Assembly (NCBI RefSeq): GCF_964204645.1 | Contig: NC_134035.1 | Span: 3,472,001-3,536,000, forward strand | Source of the DNA: Tubulanus polymorphus | Taxonomy: Eukaryota; Animalia; Nemertea | Length of the DNA stretch: 64,000 nt | Reading direction: 5' to 3' | Shown: positions 12,653-25,047 of the stretch, in pieces | Numbering within the stretch: the stretch's first letter is position 1 | Layout of the letters: each line of letters opens with the position of its first letter | Notes under the pieces: generated by a model | The model's database searches: none | What the model saw: the letters and a program-made list of their open reading frames with translations, nothing else | What the model was told of the DNA's origin: nothing | Position numbers and translations under genes: made by a program

Positions 12653-15600
12653 ATATATATTTATGCGTTCACTATCATTCAGTCGTTGATTTCTTTTTGC
12701 CGCTTTTGATGTTTTTCGTTTTCTTATGATTATTATGATCACGCACTTAGTACTATTGCCGTGGATTAGTTGTTCGTCGGGCCGCTAGGCGGCGCCGATG
12801 ATCGACCACTTGTGTATGATGTCGCTGCTTGGAAATTTTTGAAAGCTATATTTATGGGAAAAAACCGAAGTCGAAGCTGAGTCATGGTATTAAGGATATT
12901 AAGATTATTGAAGAGGACAGTGGGTTTGACCGGTGACTGGGGACAATGTTTTTTTTTAAGTTCGAAAATTGTATTTACAGATACAAAGCCGGTTTCACAG
13001 TTTGTGGTTGAACTTGATTCGAAACATTTGAAATGAACCCAGGGAAACACAGAAATACGGAATCAAACATGTTATAGAACCCCTATAACCCCTATTCTTC
13101 TGAAACCACGTTTCTCATTTCTCGTACAAATGCACACGGCACAGAAAAACGCTCGGAAATATGTTTCTGTGTCCTGTTTCAGTGTTTCCCTATGTATCGT
13201 GCATTGGGGCTCTGAGAGTCGTATCAACTAAAAACTGGGGGATCGGCTCCAGGTTTATATATACACATACATATACAGGGTGATAGTGGCATTAATTAGG
13301 AGACTTCTACTAGTATGAATATCTGTTCCTCCCGTATAGAGTGGTATAAGGTATATAAACACTAGCAGACATTGTACTTCATTCGTTCGTCCGTTCGTCT
13401 TTCGATCATTTCGTAAATCTACATCTGTTATGATCGAAAAACTTTTCTTCCCGTTCTTCCGTTTGTCATCCGTGTTTTATTACTTTGTCATTGTTCGTCG
13501 TCACCGATGATATGACTTCGGCGCACTTAACATACGTAAGTCTTCTTTCAACCTCATCGACGATTGCGTGTGTTATTTAGTCAAACGTATGTGGTCGTGT
13601 ATGTCGTCGTGTATGTGGTGCGTGCGTGCTGTCGTGTTGTCGTCGTCGTCTCTTTCCTCCTTGATCGTGCGTCGCGCAAGAAACGATGATTTTACTCAAG
13701 AAGAAGAACGATGATTAACTCTTTGACAATCGTAACTATTTGGTTCTCTTTATGCGCGGTATAAATTTCTCCCGGCAGACACGATTTTACTGTCTGACAA
13801 AAATAATATCTGTGACGTGAATATTTCAGAAGTGGCATCTTAATTGAATTTCTTGCGCATTCTTATGTTTACAGGTTTGAAGCAAGGGCGAAACCTGAAT
13901 TATGGCAAATTGATAAGATCATTCTTTCAAAATAAAGGACTTTATGAAGTGTCCTTAAAGGGATATTCAAAATTTAAAGCAATCAGGGTCTTGTGAGAGC
14001 GCCTGGTTATGTTGTGTAATGTCAAACAATGACAAATTTAGCTGATTGTCAAAGAGTTAATCTGCAAAATATGGTTGATGAACCTGCTTAATACATGGTA
14101 AAGCTTGGAAAGAACCCATATCTTATCTAGTAAAAACTTCATGGTTTTCATACCTGAAACTAGGAGTTGAACTTCTGCGTGTTACTGGTAAGTGGGGCCT
14201 CCTGCGTGTCTGAGGGCGTTTAGGTGGTCGAAACAACTTCCCCAATTGATGAAGTCAGAAGGCCACGCACATCCTCACAATTCATCTCCTGATGTGTATT
14301 GTCTCGAAAGCTTTGTACCTTCGTAAAAGGTCCACTTATCAACCTACCCTTGGGACATTGCTGGTACGAGCGTGGAAGTGATATGTCCAGATCCTCAATC
14401 ACGCTCTGGAAGAATAAGACTTTGTGTCTAAACTATGCTAAATGGGCACTTTGAACACCTGCTATATCGTGCTCTTGTTATTATGGTAGGAATAGGTTTT
14501 CACTTGAAAAATGTAAAGGCTATAAAAGAAATCCTTTGCCGATCATTATTTCATTGCATTCATTACTTAATAGTTCAAATTCATATTTTGTCGACAGCCA
14601 GATCCAGGAATTCTTTGTTCAAAATTGTAATTTTCGAAGTAGCACGGTGTGACTTTGAATAATGCGAAACCGATTCGACATTCAAAGTAATTGCATTTAA
14701 ATGTCTGTTAGTTTTTAGAAACCCACTGATTTAGATGATGATATTAACATGGCATTGATGCCTTTAAATGAGTAGCGAAACCTCGTTATTTTGCCACCAA
14801 AGTATGTTAAGCAACATGTTTGCCCATCGGTGGTCAAACATAATAATAGATTTACATAACAACCCTCAAAGTTTGTAAATACCTTGATTATCTTATGTTG
14901 TTGTATGCCTAGTCTCCTGTTCTGGTTGGCAGAGCATTAGTTACCAGTACTGGAATAGGGGTTCCAGTGCACCGGTTACTTATTGAACTGTAACAGGGCG
15001 TCCAGCGCACGTTCTCGGGATCTGGCTACTACGTTTTCTCTTTCATTCGTTTTTTTTCCACATAAGTTTGCTTTATGCGCATTTTCAATTTTTCATTTTT
15101 TCCTCTTCATTCCCCTGATTCGTTCTTTGCGTTTTATTGCGTGCTTTTCCTTTCTATCGTGGCAAAGCGTAGTCATGTCATTTTTACGCCCCCCACCGTT
15201 GGCACAACGTGCAAAGTTTTCATTTAAAGATCCAAGCATTTTCTACAAAATAATTCCTTTCGTTTGCTATCTTTGGTGGCATTTCTTTGCCACTGAATAC
15301 ACGTGGTACCTTTCTTCGCCAATTGCTTTGCTTCATTGTTGTTTGTTTATCTCGTTGACCCTGTTCTTTATCGTTTTTTTTCTTGTCGATTCTTTAGTTC
15401 ATCACGTCTGTCATCCTGTCACCAATCCTTGGATAGTTTACCTACACATCTCACTCACATTACCAGTTAGAGTGCACCAGTTGCTTTCATGAATTCATTG
15501 AAGATCACATTTTTGGTATCTTCCCAGTTGTACAAATCCCAGTTTTACAATTCACATTTGTGCGGGATTTGTCCCAGACAATGTCGTGTTGTGCGAGGAT

Positions 15601-16092
15601 ATGTTCGAGTTGTCCAATCGCCAGTTGTACAAAACCATGAACAACCCTAATGATAAGTTGGAGTAGATCTGTTGATATTATACAGGATAGCCATGTTCGC
15701 TCTACATTATTCGGAAAGTTCTATGTTTAGGCCGTTCCTATTTAGAATGGACCAAGCATATTTGCACAAGTCTCATCCAAAAGACCCGTTCCATCTAAGG
15801 ACCGACCATTTCATCATCAGGCATGTTCGCGGTCTTGTACAACTGGCAATTGGACAACTGAAGCAAATCCATGTATGGATAGCAATTGCGCTGCTGGGAT
15901 TTATGCAAACGTTTATATCATGGCGTTTCTTTACACTTGAATTCATTTACAACCCAGTCTCATTAAGTCCTATTGAGTCTTATTGAGTCTTATTAAGTCT
16001 TGTTGAGTCACGGATGTGTAAATTCCGATGATGAGAAATCATTATCAGTCGTTGTGATACCCGTGCACTGTTAGGGTCGACCTGCTAATAAT

Positions 16093-16127
<35 letters not shown>

Positions 16128-19100
16128 AGCTGACATTTTTTTCTTTTAAACAAATTTGAGAATCGAAACATCAGTAATTTATGTCTAGAGCTATATTTCT
16201 ATATATATATACATATTTATATATTTATAACTGTTATTATTATGCATTGATATAGAGCTAGTTTACTCATTATCATCATTGTAATTATTATTATTATCAT
16301 TATTATTATTGATTATTATCATTAACTGCTCACATTTTAAATGTACCTAGGTTTCGATTTCATGGTTAGAATCTATATTAGAAAAACGTAGACGGTATTC
16401 ATTTTCGAGCGTATAGCGTCAGAAAACGGTGCATCCTGATAATATATCGCGCTTAAAACGATATCTCGATATTTTTTTCCTTTTTCGTACGCGCACGTGC
16501 CTCGAAAATGAATGCGTTTACTGCCTGTTTAGGTAGCGAGCACACACACACAAGTGGATTCCACGGCAAAATAACACTTCGTTTGTTTATGTGCTGCTTG
16601 GTTTTTCGACTACTCGCAGCTGAGTGTCCCGTTATGGTTTTATTTTCAGTTCTTTGTTGAGCTAAGTCGTATCAAGAAATGTTTCACACAGAAAGGCGGT
16701 ATCTTTGTTCTAGAAGAATTTGGTAAGAAGTTCGTCCACTGTCCACTGTGCACCTCGCTCGCTCGGTCGTCGCTATTCTTATTATTATTATTATCATTAT
16801 TATTATTATTATTATTGTTTTATTTATTTGATTTTACTCCAATTTTATATATAGATATATGTATATGTATATAGATGATATATGAATATACATATATTGT
16901 TATCGTAATATCATATGTAATGTACACAAATAGTAAAATGTATACGCGCACATTAATGTACGTTACATCATGTGATAATGTACATGTTTTGTACAGGGGC
17001 TACACACGCGACTTCCAACAGCATGTCATAATGATGGTCGATTGTCTGTCAGATGCGAACAAAAGGTGTGACGTGCATGCTGAACCCCTATAACGTATCT
17101 CGGACTTTTTGGCATTGCAGTTTAGTCTGGTTCATTGCCACCGTGGAAATACAGTGCTGCCCCTGCCCCCAATTGCCACTACAAGAATACTCGTAGCTGG
17201 CATTGGAGCTATTACTACGTAGTCAGCCATTGTTCAAAATGAGCGTTGAGCAATGATGGCAGAACTGGAAGTACGAGTAATACTTGTAGCCGGCAGTGAA
17301 CACCAGGTTTCAAATATTCACTCTGATTTACTCTCAATATTCTGAGGTACGCGTGCGTATATGTATTTATGTACATATTATATGACGATTTCGTTTTTTG
17401 CTCCTTTTTTCGAGAACGATTTCAGTTTCTTTCGCTTTTTCGTAAATTACGTAAATAAATCTACGATCGTCGATTTACTTTTTTTCGATCGTCGACTGAA
17501 AAATGAATAAGAGACGAAAAAAATGAAAAAATAAAACAATAATAGTAATGATGATAAAACCGACGGTTCGATAATATTGAAAAATGTTTTTTCTACTAAC
17601 CTTCGCTTACGGTGTTGTGGTGACTTTATCTCTCTCTCTCTCTTTTTCTTATTCTCTTCTCCTTCGAAAGTAACGTGGTGCCGAGTAACACTTGATATAT
17701 GAATGCGATTTTCGTTGAAATCATAATCATTACTATTATTATTATTATTATTATTGTTATTATTACGGATATTCTAATCGCTAATGATAAGTATATATAA
17801 AGGATGAGTGCGTGTGGGTATGTATGATGGCGGGTGACGCTTTTTGAAACGGTGCGCGAGCGTGCGTGTGCTAGTGGTACTACCACTACTAGGCGGTAAG
17901 TAAGTTCAACCCCCCCCCACCCCTGATTATTCCCTCAAAGTCTTCTGTGAAATCTGCATCCGCTGTTGTGGTAATTCTGGCGTCGTTCGTTATCGCGAGC
18001 CCACCGCTGCTGCTGCTGCTGCTGCTGTTGCTCGATTTTTTCACGCTAGTCGAAAAACACTTCGAAATGTTACAGTTACGACGACGACGATGATTGATTA
18101 CGAATTACGTTAATTTCGACGTTAACCCTTTCCCGTTGCGTCGCTATGATTTTTGGTCGGTCAGCGATTTCGTGCAGCCATCTTCGCTCCGGTGGCAGCA
18201 CTGTATGAATCGGTGTTACGCTGAAGCCACCGACCTGGGAAACCTGGCAAACTCAGGGAATCAGATGAATCTTGGAAAGATCAGGGAAAACTCAATTTCA
18301 CAAATTTTACAAAAAACCTGGAAAACTGCGGAAATTTGGATAATGTTTCACCAAAATATAATGAATGATAACATTTTAAACCACAAAGTTCAATGATTAA
18401 CTCTAATGGAATTTTGTGCAATCATTTGGAAAAGTCTGGGAATTTGTAAATTGGGAGGTTTTGTGGCCACCCTGAATTACGTACGGTCATTTAGGCTCGA
18501 ACTGGAAAGGGTTGTACCTTTACTTTGGAAAGGTGAAAAATGCCAAAATTTTAAACTCGTATTTCGTGATGAATTCGAATCTTAGCGTCGAGACTGTAAT
18601 ATTTCGTTTTTGGGAATTCCGTTTTTTTTTTTCGTCTCAAGTTTAACTCGATACATTGTAACGATGTTGTTCGTAAATATTTTTTCACTTTTTTGGCCGT
18701 CGAGCTTCATTTCGATTCGAACTACGCCCCGTTTGATAAATTACTCGCGGGCGCGCCGGGCGTCGTCGGTATTTGGCAGTTTTATTCAGTACCCATGAAA
18801 TTTTGAAGGCACCGAAATTTCAGGGGTCAGTTGCTCAAAAGTTGGTTGAAGTATTAGTCAAATCAGTTAACTATGGTATTTATCCAATAATTGTTTTTTT
18901 TTTCAAATTCAGCGAAAGTCGGCGTCAGCGCTGAAAGGATTCTAAACCAACTTATGCACAACTGACCCTGGGCCATATAATAGACTTTAGATTCTGAACT
19001 AATTTCGTGCAAACTGCGGAAATATCGACGCGAACCTAGCCCCACCCCTTCCTCTAGATCAACGCGGTTATGGAATGCGTTATAATCATCTTATTCCAGC

Positions 19101-22100
19101 CAACCCAGGGTTGCGGGTTCGTTATTCATTTCGGTTTCAGGAAACGTAAAGCATGGCGCATGATGTCACTTATTTACAGTGCATTGAACTCTTGTTTTTC
19201 TTAATGACCCGAATGCGTTTTGACATGGTTCGCGGTGTATAGATTTTGATCAGTCAGAAATGAGAATTGTGCTTACTCAATGTTCGACGGTGTCCCGGCT
19301 ACCCTACTGCGGCAAGCGAAACTCCACCAGAAACCACCGGGTGTCGCCTGTGATTTCTTTGATTCTCGATTGAAATCTAACCGTAATCGTTTCAAATTCA
19401 AACCTTCAAAGTTTTCCTGGAGATACGATTTTGGATGTCGGAGACAGGCTTGAAATCTAGATCAACTAACCGTTTTCCGATATCTCGTGAGTGAGTTCAT
19501 TCCTCGGGGTCCCCATCATCGTCGTACGGCACTCCTCGCAAATCTCAAGTTCGAACGCGTCTAATCTATACACACGCGTGTATCGCCCGTCCGACGCGCG
19601 AAAGCTCATTCCGATTTTACCCCGGCGCTTTACTTTCGTCTTCGTATATTTTCAGATCCCAAAACTCGGAAAGTGATACAAAGAAGATACAATTCAAATA
19701 TGGTACGTAAGTCTCGGTAGCCGTGTTTTAGATGTGTTCGTCGGATTCTCTGTTTGAAAACGCGTTTCCCTCGTAGAAATAGCTCCATCAAAAAAAATCC
19801 AGATCATCATATTATGATATTTTATTCGTGTATATATAATATTTATATATAGATATATATATATATATTTATATCGAGAGGTTTTTATCTAGCATGTCGA
19901 AATCCTATATATAACTTTATAGTAGTTATGTCTATGTGCTATGTATTCATCTGTGGTGCACCAAATCCATTACTCGTTATGATGGCCTGGTCCGATCTCT
20001 AGTCACTTTGATTCTGAACTGATTAATTGTTTACTAGTAACTTTGATTTTTAACGTATGGTTGCCACTAGAAGTGCTATTCCGTTAACTCAATTTTCTGC
20101 TGGATCATAATTGTCTGGCGTTATGTCTACTCGGCTTGCTATAGAACCCTACACCACTTAAAGCTTAGGTCGTTATTGGACTTGACCATGTGAAATACTG
20201 ATCAGTATTTCTTTTTTTTTTTTAGCTAAGCCGCGAGCACATATTCGTATCTATCGTAGAACTTTTGGGTTTAAAACATATGTTTGAAGATATACTCGAT
20301 GATCCACTTTCAAGTCGTCGGAATATTTAGATTTAAATCTAAAAATTGACGTGTGCTCACTCGATGTAAACTAATTGTTTCGTTTTTTATGTGAACGCAA
20401 AGATTCATCATTCACGTGATGATTCAGTACCGGTTGTACAATTCCCTATTGTCCAGTTTCCGTTTATGCAAGTATCTTTCCCAGTTGTCCAATTCACCTT
20501 GTTACGATGAACTTCATTGGACCAGAAAATCTGTTCGTTATAACTGATACAGCGGAACCTCGTTACAACGAACTTCAGGAGACAGAAAATCTGTTTGTTA
20601 TAACTGATACAGTGAAACCTCATTACAACGAACTGCAGGAGACCTGAAAACCTGTTCATTATAACTGATACAGCGGAGCCTCATTATAACGAACTTCAGG
20701 AGACCAGAAAATCTGTTCGTTATAACTGATACAGCGGAACCTCGTTACAACGAACTTCAGAAGACAGGAAAATCTGTTCGTTTTAACTGATTGTTGATTA
20801 TATCCAGCATGAATTATCAAAATATTTCTATTAGGGACGACATTTTAGGTTTGTAAAAGCCCATAAATCTTTAAATCTGAGGTCATCATAACGGGGTTCT
20901 ACTGTAATTTCAGCTTTGATCAGGCATGATCCTTTTGATCGGTATTCTTCTTTCATTTCTTCAACTGGGAATTGTACAACTGGGGAGACACCCGGGCTCA
21001 CCATCGTGTTCACGTTTCGCTTTTGATTTCGTTTCGTTTTTCCATTTATTTTCTAGGCGAATCAAATAGTATTAGCGTTCCATCGCGTAGTATCCGTACT
21101 TGCCACCAGAGGGCCGCAAGTAAAACATTTGAAACTACAACAACAGCTTCAACAACAAAACCAAAACGGCGTCGATCATAATCTATTGGCCGTTCCGACG
21201 ACATAGGTTGTTATACTCGGGTGTTTTTTTTTTTTCTAGATTGATTTTAGCGTGCCGCTTATGAATTAACCTTTCACGACAGATTTTTCAACGGCTGTAG
21301 AAATGAGGTCACTTTGCTCCACCCCTTGCAACCCGCGCACTTAAACTAAACAGCAGTTTCAAATTCTATAGTGAACGCATGCATCTATAATATGCTCTTA
21401 ATTCAATATAGCATAGGTATACAGGACTGTTGCGAGCTGAAATAAAAAGTACACTGATTTTGTAGTCATAGATATTTCGAAGCATGAAAATTAGAATACC
21501 GTAAACTCATTTCGTGTCCTGCTCGGACACTGTTCCGTAGTCAAGGCTGAGACCATCTAAGTTCTATGGCCAAACTAACAACTTAAGACCAGTCTAAGCT
21601 TCACGTTCTGGGCTACTGACGTCCCTTCAGGCTTTGACGAAAACCGAGATATGTACCAATATATGATTGGGAAATCTCGACCGGTTCCATACCATTGGTA
21701 TCTTTATAGTTTTGTTTTAGTTAAATTTTTGTTTTAGTTAAATTTCTCATTGAAATGAGATTAAATCACGTTTTCAGATGAAACTTGAGGCATGTAGCCG
21801 TATGCACCATGTTCATTAACCTAATAGATATAATAACCAATAGTTCACTATATGCTTAAGTCGAGACCTGAAAAGGTGACTTACCATCCAATGAAAATAA
21901 TTTTAAGATGAATTAAGACATGTTTTAATTCATGACAATGCATGTACTTATGTGTCAAGAGAGATACAAGAATCGGTAAAATATGTATATTTTGTGCCCG
22001 TGCTTCAGCTTACTCTGATCTAGTGGGGTTGCTAAGTTAAGTATGCCTCTGATGGTCGAAGTTACCTCATTTCTAAAGCGGGTCTAAGTTCATGTAATGC

Positions 22101-24233
22101 AATACAGAAGACTCGGCTTAATCCTGAATCCAATCCAGACGTGTGTAAAATATGACTGTTTGATCCGAATTTCTGGTAAACCAGGGCCTGGTTTTACAGA
22201 CCGGTATTACCTTTAACCAGCGGGTTTACTCAATTCATTTTCAATTGAGTTAGCCTTTGGGTTAAAGGTAATACCGGTCCGTAAAACTTGCCCGCGACGA
22301 ATTTGGTCCCGAATTCATCCGGATTAAGCGGGCGTTACTGTACTTCGTTTTGGTGGTCGATTATATAACTCTCAATTGGAAACGCTGCTTATTTCCTAAA
22401 AACTGATTGTTACTGCCGGTGGTAATCCATAAGGTGTGAGTTTCTAAAACGTTTTTGAAACCTTTCGGTGCCAAGCCATCTCCCACCTCGATAAACACGA
22501 TATCCTTATGACTGCAGTGAACTGATGTAAATCTCAGTGTAGAGTTAACGAATAAAACCCACAGTTACTTCTGTAAAAACAGTTTATTGCCTTGCGGTTT
22601 CGAGGTTCAAACTAAACCTCATCATCAGAGGAACAAGAAATACAATTGTATCTCTTGTTCCTCTGATGATGAGGTTTAGTTTGAACCTTGAAACTATAAG
22701 GCAATAAACTGTTTTTACAGAAGTAACTGTGGTTTTATTCTCTAACGATATCCTTATCTTTAAGCAAGAATGGGCTTTATCGGTCAGGGGCAGGTGCAGG
22801 AAAACTCTGTTAGTGGCGTGCTAACTGTGGTTAGTTAACTGTGGTTAGGCATAAATAGGCGCAGTAAAACGCTGTTAGCTAACCATTGTCTTCGAAGCGT
22901 CCGTGTGGAAAAGATGGACTCAGGCGCTGAAAGGTTGAATGGGTGTCGGTTGCTAACTTTGTATATATCTTTCCTGCTGCGCGATTTCTTTGTACATGTT
23001 TTCAGGAATATATAAGATGTGAACGAACAATCTACTGAATGAATACCTTAATGTTTGGGTAATGCTGAATGCTCTCTATTTTAACCTGATTTCCATGCGC
23101 GCCCCCGACCGCTCGCGCGCACGTTGCTGGTGCTGGCTACGCTGCTTTTAAAATGATAATGCCTCTCCCTCTTGCTCTCCTTCTCTAATCAGATGGTGGT
23201 TGATAAAAACAATCGAAATAACCTTTTCGTTTCAGCTTTTCGGTCGCGTTACGCTTTTCAAAGCAGCTTCAGTAATCTTCAAAATAAAAACCGCCTACAA
23301 TTGGTTTTCTCTGCCTGCATAGCCCCGTCTTTTACCTACGTCTGGGCTGACTGTGTACACTGGTGCCAAATTTAGCCCGACCACAAACGTCGGACCAGAC
23401 TCATGCCAAATTTAGCACCGGTCAAATTATTGCCAAATTTGACTTGCGCTCTTATTCAGGCAAATTTGACTGTGGTCAAATCGTCTATCTCCATGTGATC
23501 GCGGCTAATATAGTTTAGACTTGTATTCAAGATTCCGGTATGTCATCTCTGAATGAACTGCTTTGAAAAGAGTAATTCATCGTCATTGTATTTCTCTGCG
23601 GTCATTGTATTTAAAAAAATCTACATGACCGACTGAATAACCTTCATGCATGAAAAGAAACTAATGTCTCCTCGATGTATATGTAAAATCTGCGCAGTTA
23701 ACACTGTATATAGACTACGCTTGCCACTAACTATCACGTGGCTCGAACAGAATATTTCCAAGCATTCACTGTGGTTACTGTGGAGGAACTAGGAAAAAGA
23801 CGTGTTCATTATGGGAGGTTTATGCTCTATAGGGAAATGTTCGATATAAAGCCCAACGTACACGACGCTGGTAAACATGGAAACATGAGACCGAAACATG
23901 TTTCCAAGCGTTTCCCATTATGTGCGTTTACGAGAAACATGGTTTCGGGAAGCAATCTTTTTTAAACGAAACATGTTTTTTTAGTGTTTCTATGTTTCAG
24001 TGATTCTGCGTTTCCCTGTGTCACGCGTTGGGCTGAAGGGAGGTTATTCTGTATTTCGATGTTGATTTTTGTGGTTAACCGAAAAATTACGATAAATGAC
24101 GACGGCGTATTTTTGTTTATTTTTACAGTCTGATCAGATATGTTACGCGGTACTGTGCGTGTTCTCCTACGCGGCAGCCGGACTCGATCAACAACGCAAA
24201 GCGCAAGATATCGTCAATCGAAACACGTCTTAG
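2093..24233 (+). CDS. MADD: MAP kinase-activating death domain protein / Rab3 GEF (MADD/DENN/AEX-3), 3' part; join(2093..2517,4608..4761,5223..5560,6330..6437,7037..7201,7403..7475,7821..7927,16650..16722,19656..19702,24129..24233); 5' exons lie outside the window
   Basis: All exons have AG/GT boundaries and compatible phases. Translation gives MADD hallmark segments: [144 protein letters not shown]. Confidence 0.96.
2660..2975. mobile_element. Two divergent tRNA-derived SINE-like copies in inverted orientation (about 2660-2747 minus, 2897-2973 plus); related inverted pair at about 55720-55812
   Basis: Pol III A-box-like ggtctagNgNgg and B-box ggttcgaatcc followed by ggggRaggatg; no complete cloverleaf or acceptor stem. 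Confidence 0.5.
3817..4083. mobile_element. piggyBac-type MITE family, copy 1 (inverted relative to copies 2 and 3)
   Basis: TTAA|CCCTTTCAGTG ... CACTGAAAGGG|TTAA; internal homology to 29385-29685 and 32265-32531. Confidence 0.75.
5538..5998 (+). repeat. About 57-bp minisatellite built from the MADD exon 3' end plus 5' splice site (about 7 copies, interrupted by a MITE)
   Basis: Recurrent tagaccagcttaataacctKgtaagtac units. Confidence 0.85.
10698..10808. mobile_element. About 110-bp palindromic MITE family (cagttccacagt...gagttaactc...ttcattttcaatgag...actgtggaactgg); other copies at about 5739-5851, 8182-8284, 25625-25720, 28764-28866, 42409-42543, 50917-51020
   Basis: Multiple dispersed homologous hairpin copies read directly. 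Confidence 0.75.
12052..12060 (+). CDS. MADD: MADD 9-nt cassette microexon (Asp-Phe-Glu)
   Basis: tgtacAG|GATTTCGAG|GTagga; phase 0/0, fits between ...FANSK and FFVEL...; upstream pyrimidine tract containing UGC. From recollection, insect Rab3-GEF isoforms read NSK-DFE-FFVRL at this position. Confidence 0.8.
12563..12648. repeat. (TA)n microsatellite (another at 12171-12208)
   Basis: Direct reading. Confidence 0.97.
13719..14056. mobile_element. TTAA-flanked MITE
   Basis: TTAA|CTCTTTGACAATC ... GATTGTCAAAGAG|TTAA. Confidence 0.65.
16094..16127. repeat. (GCT)n microsatellite
   Basis: Direct reading. Confidence 0.95.
20500..20790. repeat. 60-61-bp tandem repeat (about 4.7 copies) derived from a Tc1/pogo-type MITE end
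   Basis: Unit gaccagaaaatctgttcgttataactgatacagcggaacctcgttacaacgaacttcagga; the matching opposite TIR (ataacggggttctactgta) is at about 20888-20907. Confidence 0.85.
21057..21206 (+). CDS. MADD: MADD alternative last coding exon A ([49 protein letters not shown])
   Basis: Strong pyrimidine tract then ttctAG; phase 0 after ...YNSNM; the N-terminal helix parallels the canonical exon ([14 protein letters not shown] vs [14 protein letters not shown]). Confidence 0.75.
   Translation, partial: ANQIVLAFHRVVSVLATRGPQVKHLKLQQQLQQQNQNGVDHNLLAVPTT
22183..22294. mobile_element. Palindromic MITE (gggcctggttttacagaccggtattacctttaacc...); second copy at about 25721-25816
   Basis: Inverted arms and the same ttcattttcaat centre as the 110-bp family. 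Confidence 0.6.
22510..22744. mobile_element. Palindromic Penelope-like insertion with two degenerate hammerheads (+22660..22701, -22590..22631)
   Basis: About 95-bp near-perfect arms centred on 22645/6; CCU-CUGAUGA-U-GAGGUU...AACCUY-GAAAC...AGG then AATAAA; 13-bp TSD acgatatccttat (22497-22509, 22745-22757). Confidence 0.72.
24129..24233 (+). CDS. MADD: MADD canonical last coding exon B ([34 protein letters not shown])
   Basis: ttttacAG acceptor, phase 0; matches the conserved xxQICYxVLCxFSY MADD C-terminus. Confidence 0.93.
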   Translation, partial: SDQICYAVLCVFSYAAAGLDQQRKAQDIVNRNTS

Positions 24234-25047
24234 CATTAGTAGCGCCTAGGAGCCTGTGTAGATTAGCCGTGTATTAATATTAACAATAACTTCTATAAAC
24301 GCGCGGCGGATCCCGAGATCGGGGTGGTGGCCGGGGGCGTTAGTATTCTACCGTCGTCAAACTGTTCTTTCGGAAACGTGCTTAATTCGTACTATGATAA
24401 AAATGCACCGTGTACAAATTTGAAAACAAAATGATTATTCAAAAAATCAAGAAATTTAGAAACAGACTATGATCTCTAGTGGGAGTTATTAGAAACGGAC
24501 CATGATCTTTTGTAAGAGTTCAAAACGTTGTGCACTCTGTTATCAATTTTCTTAAAATGAAAATTTTGTGTCTGAATTACATTGTTAGCTCTCTGTACAT
24601 GGTTGGTTTTTATCCTATTTTCTATTCTCCACGTTTGAGAGTGTGGCTATTCTACGACGTATTAATTCGTATGTGTGAGAAATTCGATTTTGAAATCCGG
24701 TTTTCTGTATTAGAAATAAAGCACTCGATCGAATCGCCCATTTTCGATCGCGCTTCCCCCCCCCCCATCTCGAGATCCGCCCGCGACGAAAAAACGATTT
24801 ACCGACATACCTGCCACGATATAAACGTCGTATATTGACGATTGAGCCATACATTATATTTTTTCACATACGTAGGTTGTGATAACTGAAAAAAAAAACT
24901 GTAAGTTACAAATATCGAGTTGTATATATGATTTAATCGCCACTCTGTTGTACGATACTGATAAATCTTTTCTCATCGATTTAAGATGATTTGAAGCCAG
25001 GGCTATCGGTGTATGGGCACTCTGGAATCACCAGGTATCAGTTAAAG

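Noticed and set aside
14983-15492. 169-aa hydrophobic ORF in the MADD intron
   Set aside because: Non-ATG start, T-rich low-complexity composition, no recognisable domain or splice support.
16353-16440. Alternative frame [18 protein letters not shown], faintly resembling the 16650 exon (possible decayed duplicate exon)
   Set aside because: Wrong phase, internal stop, and similarity too weak to support by eye.
20500-20790. Regularly spaced repeats (also 34655-34790 and 31689-31864) as CRISPR arrays
   Set aside because: No unique spacers, eukaryotic intron/UTR context, and no cas genes.
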